From the IMG/VR virus record IMGVR_UViG_3300020469_000009: DNA of 64,000 nucleotides; one strand, given 5' to 3'. The translations under genes were made by a program, and so were the position numbers. Shown here in pieces: positions 57,713 to 64,000 of the stretch; position 1 is the first letter of the stretch, and every line of letters begins with the position of its first letter. The notes beneath the pieces were generated by a model that worked only from the letters and a program-made list of their open reading frames with translations, searched no databases and was not told where the DNA came from. The stretch comes from a virus.

Positions 57713-57765
57713 AGTTTCCTCCTTATTAAGCAAGTTTACAAATGAGTCCCATAATTGGCAACTCG
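57710..57765 (-). promoter_or_regulatory. ROSE-like RNA thermometer in the hsp20 5' UTR
   Basis: CTTGCTT-AAT-AAGGAG pairs over the SD with a bulged G; preceded by hairpin GAGTTGCCA/TGGGACTC; TATAAATA at 57776-57769. Confidence 0.65.
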
Positions 57766-58184
57766 TATTATTTATACTATATGGTGGTCTGTTTTTAGGT
57801 GATATCTATGCTACAACTTCGGTTGAAATTGTTTTTACTTAGTAGTAGCCGTAGTTCCCTATTAATGCGAGTATCATGGGCATAGTAATAGTGCCAATCA
57901 AAATCGAGAAATCTCTGATCAATTCACAAACTCTACAGGTTTTGGGATGCTCGGCTTTCCATGTTTTATAGTAAGCTTTCACGTAAATATTTAATAGAAT
58001 TATACTGAGCCCTAGGGCTTTATGATTAATAATTAATTGCCATTATGGCAAATGATCTAAGAATCATTCTTTTAATAACTTTTGGTTATATTTCTTTTTG
58101 CGTGGTATTTGTTTCTTTTTGTTAGGCTCAACTTTATGACCATACGGTTTGTCATGGTCAAATAAAACTTTATGTGTTCTTGTT

Positions 58185-58538
58185 TTATATTTTTGTGCCA
58201 ACGGTTCTTCTCACTATATCGTTGTGGTTAAATTCCGCCCAATATAGTTCAAATGCAACACCGTCTTCAATACCTTCAAATTGATGAACCTTACCAGGTT
58301 TTACCTGTGTAAATTCTCCTGGTCCCAAGATAGTTTCATCTACTAATCCTTCTTGGTCTTCTTGCCATACTCTAATTAGCATTTTTCCTGATTCCACAAA
58401 GAAACCATTCCATTTGAATTTATGTTCATGTTCACTACATTTATATCCCGCTTTGTACTCTATGCGGTGGAATTCAAGTGCGCCGTTAGCAGCTATCAGC
58501 TCAGTTTGACCCCAAATTTTTCCAGCTTTGATACTCAT
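58185..58538 (-). CDS. Cupin (sugar isomerase-like)
   Basis: K.WG, S.H.H..K...F.V.SG, PG..H.F, E......DI.R. Confidence 0.8.
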   Translation of the reverse strand: MSIKAGKIWGQTELIAANGALEFHRIEYKAGYKCSEHEHKFKWNGFFVESGKMLIRVWQEDQEGLVDETILGPGEFTQVKPGKVHQFEGIEDGVAFELYWAEFNHNDIVRRTVGTKI

Positions 58539-58573
58539 AATAAATATAATACTTATATAATGGAGTATTTATT

Positions 58574-58903
58574 ATGGCGAGCAAAAAAAATCATAGAGTC
58601 TATGTGACTTATTTTCCTGATGGCAGATATTATATTGGATATTCAGGTAAGACAGAAAAACAGTTTGAAAAGTATTTTGGTAGCAGTACACTTATTAAAG
58701 AGTATACTGAGGATGACTTATTTAAAGAAGTTATCTTTGAAAGTGAGAAAAAGAATGAAGCTAAAGTACAAGAGTTCTTACTTCAATGGCAGCAAAGAGA
58801 TGACCCTGATTGTTTAAATGATATGATACATATAAGACTTAGATTAAAACACTTAAAAGAATTTACACCAATAAGATGGGAGCCTAGAGACCAACCTGTA
58901 TGA
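58574..58903 (+). CDS. Small GIY-YIG-like nuclease-domain protein
   Basis: VY......YYIG, YFGSS, E, N. Confidence 0.6.
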   Translation: MASKKNHRVYVTYFPDGRYYIGYSGKTEKQFEKYFGSSTLIKEYTEDDLFKEVIFESEKKNEAKVQEFLLQWQQRDDPDCLNDMIHIRLRLKHLKEFTPIRWEPRDQPV

Positions 58904-59643
58904 CAATATCAAATGTACCTAATTGGAAACAATTCGAAATAGATGGCTGGCAAGAATGCTGTGCTGAACTAAAAGAATTTGTTTTACATAAAAAACCTGA
59001 AATTGCATTAGGTATGAGCTTAATGGTGTGGCGTAGATGTTGGCCACAGCCTTACTTACAATTACCAGAAGAATGTCCTAAATTATGGGATTTACTAGAA
59101 CCTACATTTGGTAAAATACGACAAGTAGGTTTTTTTGTAATGCATGATAAATGGACTGCAATACACACTGATAATTATGATGCTATTGCCGATGGTAAAG
59201 GTGCAGCTGGTAGACGTATTAATATGCCAGTTATGAATTGCGAACAATCTGTCACCAGATTTTGGAAACAAAAACCTGTAGAAATATTAGAACAAAATAT
59301 GAAAGATGAAGAACCTCATGATAGAAATGTAAATGGTGCAAGAGTAGCTGTGTCACTTGCAAGTGTAGATGATGATGCACAGGGCCAAAGCCCAGAATGG
59401 GTAGCCGATAGATTAGGTGCTGAAAATTTAAAATGGAAACCAACTAGAATATTAATGCCTGATGGAACTCACTATAATAACTTTGCATATAAAAATATGT
59501 TAGAAATAGATTCAGTTGTAGTAGATAAACCAACAATATTAAGAGTAGATGTACCTCATAATGTGACTGTGACAGGTTGGAATTTTCCAAGAGTCACTGT
59601 GACTGTAGGATTTGAAGATGAAGAACTGCTGGAAACATATTAA
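58900..59643 (+). CDS. Fe(II) oxygenase-like paralog 1
   Basis: IHTD, INMPV.N, DKP...VD.PH.V, FPR. Confidence 0.6.
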   Translation: MTISNVPNWKQFEIDGWQECCAELKEFVLHKKPEIALGMSLMVWRRCWPQPYLQLPEECPKLWDLLEPTFGKIRQVGFFVMHDKWTAIHTDNYDAIADGKGAAGRRINMPVMNCEQSVTRFWKQKPVEILEQNMKDEEPHDRNVNGARVAVSLASVDDDAQGQSPEWVADRLGAENLKWKPTRILMPDGTHYNNFAYKNMLEIDSVVVDKPTILRVDVPHNVTVTGWNFPRVTVTVGFEDEELLETY

Positions 59644-60253
59644 TTTACCTGGCTGGGAAACAGCCCAGGATGAGTTATACAAATACGTTACTGAAGTAGA
59701 AAAAAAGTATGCGTATAATATGGACCTTGAAGTTGTAAGAAACTGTTATCCATATCCACATGATGATATGTTAGATTATGTGCCTGCACTACCAAAATTA
59801 GTAGAACACATTGGTGAAATTAAATCAGTTTCTCTTATATGTTTATACAAACCAATTATGACTATACACACTGATATGTACACTGACAATGAAGGTAATA
59901 CAAATGCAAAATGGAAACTTAATATACCTGTACTAAATGTGCATGAGAAGACTACTACATATTGGTATGAAAGAACAAATCCAAGAAATACAAAAGGTGA
60001 AGATTATCCTTTTCCATATTACATAGCTGCCGGTCATGCTGCAAACAATAAAAAAGTAGCCAGTAATATTATGGAAGCTGATGTAATATTTCATCCAGAT
60101 GAGATGACTAAAATAGATGAAGTAATATTAGACAAACCTGTAATATTTGATTCACATACACCACATAATGTAGTTATTGAAGGTTGGAAGTTTCCTAGAA
60201 TTACAGCATCTGTATACTTTAAAGATAATGAGGCTTTACATGAATACTTATAA
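59612..60253 (+). CDS. Fe(II) oxygenase-like paralog 2
   Basis: IHTD, LNIPVLN, DKP.....PHNV, FPR. Start uncertain. Confidence 0.6.
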   Translation: MKMKNCWKHINLPGWETAQDELYKYVTEVEKKYAYNMDLEVVRNCYPYPHDDMLDYVPALPKLVEHIGEIKSVSLICLYKPIMTIHTDMYTDNEGNTNAKWKLNIPVLNVHEKTTTYWYERTNPRNTKGEDYPFPYYIAAGHAANNKKVASNIMEADVIFHPDEMTKIDEVILDKPVIFDSHTPHNVVIEGWKFPRITASVYFKDNEALHEYL

Positions 60254-60986
60254 GAAAGTAAACATACCACATTATGATACTATAGTAGAAGAACTAAAAG
60301 AGTATACTAAAGTCACACATCCGTACTTATATAGTGGTATTAGTTGGACTGGCAAGAAGATGGATAGAGCCGCTGGTAAAAATGCACAAAAATTATTTGA
60401 ACGTGCTATGATAGAAGAAAAAATAAAAAATGAACACAAAGGACAAGCTGGTTTTTGGAGACAGTGCTACCCAGATATATTTCAAGATACATTAGAAAAA
60501 TGCCCACACTTATCTAAGGGATTAGCAGAATATGGTAATGTAGTTAATGTAGCTTTTTTCTGTATGTGGGATAAACATTCACCAATACATTCTGATGATA
60601 TTGTTATGGATTTACAAACTCAAAGATACCGTATGGACCCAGCAATGGAAGAATATTATGACAAGTTTCCACCATTTCCTATACGTACTAGAATTAATAT
60701 ACCTTTATTTAACTGTGAAAAATCATCAACTAAATGGTGGCAACCACATGTAGATAAACCACCTAAAAGAAATGACTTTAGGTCCTATCAAGAAGATGAG
60801 TGTGATTTAATTAATGAAACAGTATTAGATAAAGCTATGTTAATAAGAGTTGATATACCTCACCAAGTAGTAAATCATTCATGGAGATTTCCAAGAATGG
60901 CAGCAACGATTTCTACTGATAAAGATTTAACAGACTTTATAGATGATTATGATAAATGGGAAGACCCGCTAGGATACGGCTACTGA
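60240..60986 (+). CDS. Fe(II) oxygenase-like paralog 3
   Basis: IHSD, INIPLFN, DK....VD.PH.V, FPR. Likely start MNTYKK. Confidence 0.6.
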   Translation: MNTYKKVNIPHYDTIVEELKEYTKVTHPYLYSGISWTGKKMDRAAGKNAQKLFERAMIEEKIKNEHKGQAGFWRQCYPDIFQDTLEKCPHLSKGLAEYGNVVNVAFFCMWDKHSPIHSDDIVMDLQTQRYRMDPAMEEYYDKFPPFPIRTRINIPLFNCEKSSTKWWQPHVDKPPKRNDFRSYQEDECDLINETVLDKAMLIRVDIPHQVVNHSWRFPRMAATISTDKDLTDFIDDYDKWEDPLGYGY

Positions 60987-61934
60987 ATCCCATCCCCATT
61001 CACCTTCCATACCTGCAACTGAATATTCAGTCACACGTTTTTCAAAGAAGTTGTCATGTGATACTCCATTTAGTACCCAATCTAACCAAGGTAAAGGATT
61101 TTCTTTTGCTTTGAATTTCGCTTTGAGACCAAGTTGAAGCAAACGTCTATCAGCAATATGTCTAATATATTCTTTTACTTCCTCTTCTTCTAAACCTTCC
61201 ACTTTATTATCTTTATATGCTAATGCTATAAATCTATCTTCTAGTTTTACAGCATTTCTAGCCATTTGATAAATTTTGGATTTAAGTTCATCATTTACAA
61301 TTCTAGGATGTTCATCACATAATGTTCTAAACAATTTAGCATTACCTTGTACGTGCAGAGTTTCATCTCTTATAGACCATTCTACAATAGTACCCATGCC
61401 TTTCATTTTACCAAATCTTTGAAAGTTTAGTAGCATTACAAAAGATGCAAATAATGACATGCCTTCATTAAATACTGATTGTGCTAATGCTAGAGCGAGA
61501 CCAGATAATGATGTAATATTACTATCCGCCATGAAGTCTAGCTTATCAGCCATTTCTTTGTATTCAATAAATTTGTGGAAATCTTCTTCTGGTAAACCAA
61601 GAGTGTCATTTAATAAAGCATAAGCTCTTTGATGAACACCCTCTCTATTTGCAAAAGAAGCTAACATGTTTCTAACTTCATTGTTCTTCATTTTAGGTAT
61701 CAAGAACTCATGATAGTTAGAACCAACTTGTACATCTGACTGTGTAAATAAACGTAAGATATTCTCAATGAAATCTTTTTCCTGGACAGACAGTTTTGTC
61801 CTCCAGTCTTGTACATCTTCTGAAAGTTCAGCTTCGTCTTCTACCCAGTGCACCTCTTCATGCTTTTTAGTTAGCTCAACGGCCCACGGGTAAGCAAAAG
61901 GCTTGTAAGCTTTACTTTCGTCTAGTACAGTCAT
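60969..61934 (-). CDS. nrdB: Ribonucleotide reductase class Ia beta subunit
   Basis: KPF.YPW, FTQ.D, E.VH..AY, EG..LF.SF, RDE.LH, NFFE.RV.EY. Confidence 0.95.
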   Translation of the reverse strand: MTVLDESKAYKPFAYPWAVELTKKHEEVHWVEDEAELSEDVQDWRTKLSVQEKDFIENILRLFTQSDVQVGSNYHEFLIPKMKNNEVRNMLASFANREGVHQRAYALLNDTLGLPEEDFHKFIEYKEMADKLDFMADSNITSLSGLALALAQSVFNEGMSLFASFVMLLNFQRFGKMKGMGTIVEWSIRDETLHVQGNAKLFRTLCDEHPRIVNDELKSKIYQMARNAVKLEDRFIALAYKDNKVEGLEEEEVKEYIRHIADRRLLQLGLKAKFKAKENPLPWLDWVLNGVSHDNFFEKRVTEYSVAGMEGEWGWDSVAVS

Positions 61935-61949
61935 ATGTATCTCCTTGAT

Positions 61950-62120
61950 TTACTTTTTGTCGTCTAATACGATTTGCTCTTCCAATGCTTTAATTCGCTC
62001 ATTCATTCTAAAGATAACAGAACACAAAGATTTCATATCTTGTGCATTCGGATTACCTCTAGCAACTGTGCGATCAAGCATCGTCTGAAGCTCCTCGGTA
62101 TAACTAATTTTATCAGCCAT
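61950..62120 (-). CDS. Small coiled-coil protein between nrdA and nrdB
   Basis: AAGGAGG SD; MADKISYTEELQ...DDKK*. Confidence 0.55.
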   Translation of the reverse strand: MADKISYTEELQTMLDRTVARGNPNAQDMKSLCSVIFRMNERIKALEEQIVLDDKK

Positions 62121-62140
62121 ACTTTCCTCCTTCGCTAGGC

Positions 62141-64000
62141 CTAACCTTCACAGGCTCGGCATTCATCGTTTTCCTCATGACCTTTATTTATATGAGCCAT
62201 GAACTCGTCATAACCACCTACATATTCACCTTTAAGATAAATTTGTGGGACAGTCTTAACATCTTTTCTTCCAGTGACTTCCGCAGCTGTTTTACCAAGT
62301 TTTTCAATATCAATAAAATCATACGGTATGTTTAGAATTCTAAATTCTTCTTTTGCCATGTGACAAAATGGACAGTCGTCTTTTCCATATATTACATTTC
62401 TGTCATTATCAACAAGAGCTACTCTTGCAACTTTATCAGATACAGTTTCGGCTCTTACTTTTGATTCAGTACGTAAATAATACAAACCTTTTAATCCTTC
62501 TTTCCAAGCTTTAACATGTACATCATTAACATAACTTCTATCTACACCTGTTGGAAAAAATAAATTAACACTTTGACCTTGGCAAATATATTTTTGTCTA
62601 TCTGCTGCATGTTGTACTACCCATCTTTGGTCTAATTCATCTGCTGTTTTAAATAATGTTTTATCTTCATCAGTTAAAAAAGTTAGATGCTGAACTGAAC
62701 CCTTATTAGTAATAATACTTTTCCATACACCCTTTTTATTTTCTCCAATATTCTCTAATACTCTTTCTAAATATTTGTTTTTTACCAAGAAACTTCCAGC
62801 TCTTGTTCTATGTGTATATGCATTTGCTTTCATCGGTTCAATAGAAGGAGAAGTAGAAAGAATGATACCACTACTAGCGTTGGGAGCAATTGCCAATAAG
62901 TGAGAATTACGTTTACCACTTCCATCACCGTCTAAATAATCTCCTCTTTCTTTTGCCAATAACTCTGTTTGTTCATGTGCTCTTTCATTTATTACTTTAA
63001 ATATATTAGTATTATACTCTCTTGCAACCTCAGTTTGCCAAGAACATCCTTTTCTTTGCAAGTATGAATGGAAACCCATTGCACCAAGACCTATACTTCT
63101 TTCTCTAGCTGCTGAGTATTTTGCTCTTGATATTGTATCTGGTGCATTTTTGATAAAATATTCTAATACATTATCAAGCATTGTAATCAAATCCTGCACT
63201 ATTGTAGTGTCTTTCCAATCGTCATAATACTCTAGGTTGAGTGAAGACAGACAACATACAGCTGTTCTATCCTCACTCGTAGGTAGATGGATTTCATTGC
63301 AGAGATTAGAACCATTGATTTTAAGACCAGCTTTTTTCAATGGTGCAGGAAGATGTTTATTTGCGGTGTCAATAAAGTTTAGATATGGCTCACCAGTTCT
63401 AAATCTTGTTTCTAATATTTGTTGCCATACTTTTCTAGCATTTTGTGTATCGGTGACACGTTGATCGTTAGGGTCTATAAAATCCCATTTTTCATTTGCA
63501 ATCACAGCTTTCATAAAATCATCTGTGATATTAATTGCATTGTGTATATTCAGTGCTTTTCTTTGTACATCACCTGTAGGTATTCTCAACTGCAAAAATT
63601 CCATAACATCGGGATGACCAATATCCATATATGCAGCATAAGAACCTTTTCGGGTTTTACCCTGACGATATGCTATCATATCTGCATCTACTGTATGTAA
63701 AAAAGGTATAGGTCCAGGTGCAATATCAGATATAGTACGGACATCTGACCAGTGGCCACCAACTCCACCACCATAAACTGATAACCATCTTAGTTCAGAT
63801 GAATGACCAATCAAACCTTCTAAGGTATCTGGTACATAAGTTAAAAAACATGATATAGGCATACCTTTGTCTTCATTAGGTTTACCATTTGGTGCATTTG
63901 ATAAAACTGGAGATGCAAACATAAACCATTTTTTGCTAGCATACTCATATAGTCTTTGTGCTAATTCTTTATCTTCTTTATTTTTAAATTTAGACCATGC
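62141..64000 (-). CDS. nrdA: Ribonucleotide reductase alpha subunit with inserted glutaredoxin domain (5' end outside the window)
   Basis: PISCF, SNLCNEI, APNASS, LYYLR; then CPFC...TVPQI...VGG; terminal CRACEG. Frame stays open to the window edge. Confidence 0.95.
   Translation of the reverse strand, partial: AWSKFKNKEDKELAQRLYEYASKKWFMFASPVLSNAPNGKPNEDKGMPISCFLTYVPDTLEGLIGHSSELRWLSVYGGGVGGHWSDVRTISDIAPGPIPFLHTVDADMIAYRQGKTRKGSYAAYMDIGHPDVMEFLQLRIPTGDVQRKALNIHNAINITDDFMKAVIANEKWDFIDPNDQRVTDTQNARKVWQQILETRFRTGEPYLNFIDTANKHLPAPLKKAGLKINGSNLCNEIHLPTSEDRTAVCCLSSLNLEYYDDWKDTTIVQDLITMLDNVLEYFIKNAPDTISRAKYSAARERSIGLGAMGFHSYLQRKGCSWQTEVAREYNTNIFKVINERAHEQTELLAKERGDYLDGDGSGKRNSHLLAIAPNASSGIILSTSPSIEPMKANAYTHRTRAGSFLVKNKYLERVLENIGENKKGVWKSIITNKGSVQHLTFLTDEDKTLFKTADELDQRWVVQHAADRQKYICQGQSVNLFFPTGVDRSYVNDVHVKAWKEGLKGLYYLRTESKVRAETVSDKVARVALVDNDRNVIYGKDDCPFCHMAKEEFRILNIPYDFIDIEKLGKTAAEVTGRKDVKTVPQIYLKGEYVGGYDEFMAHINKGHEENDECRACEG

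Noticed and set aside
58574-58903. Mobile homing endonuclease
   Set aside because: Only a short catalytic-like domain, with no DNA-binding extension or intron context.
60969-64000. Introns or inteins in nrdA/nrdB
   Set aside because: Frames are continuous; the only insertion is the glutaredoxin domain.
1-64000. tRNA/rRNA genes, CRISPR arrays, IS elements, stop-codon reassignment
   Set aside because: None recognised by eye. Genes are full length in the standard code and end at TAA, TAG and TGA. A tRNA scan was not run.

Overview
This window is an AT-rich, gene-dense segment of a large T4-like (myovirus) phage genome. It is probably a marine phage of a proteobacterial host; the gene content resembles pelagimyophage-type viruses, but the host cannot be fixed from the sequence. 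T4 core genes include a partial tape-measure/hub gene, gp51/gp26, gp54, gp2, gp33, gp59, gp32, rnh, gp41, uvsX, nrdA/nrdB and a gp42-like dCMP hydroxymethylase. Auxiliary genes include a fatty-acid desaturase, IscU, ClpX, alternative oxidase, Prx, Grx, SOD, KdsA, UDP-glucose dehydrogenase, Hsp20, a sigma factor and several Fe(II) oxygenase-like paralogs. A curli (CsgF/CsgG/curlin)-FecR-CHASE2 adenylate cyclase operon is also present. The best candidate for an undescribed system is the operon at 18.7-24.7 kb: myo-inositol-1-phosphate synthase, HAD phosphatase, aGPT-Pplase-like base-hypermodification transferase, SGNH-like protein, degenerate C5-methyltransferase-like protein and NDP-sugar epimerase. 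Three consecutive proteins in it end in a sliding-clamp-type [S/T]LExF motif. Together with the dCMP hydroxymethylase, this suggests replication-coupled DNA hypermodification, possibly with inositol. Other signals are strong GTWAC avoidance, a -1 frameshift joining gp26 to gp51, a ROSE-like thermometer before hsp20 and a repeated early-promoter module. All family calls come from motif recognition by eye; no searches were run.
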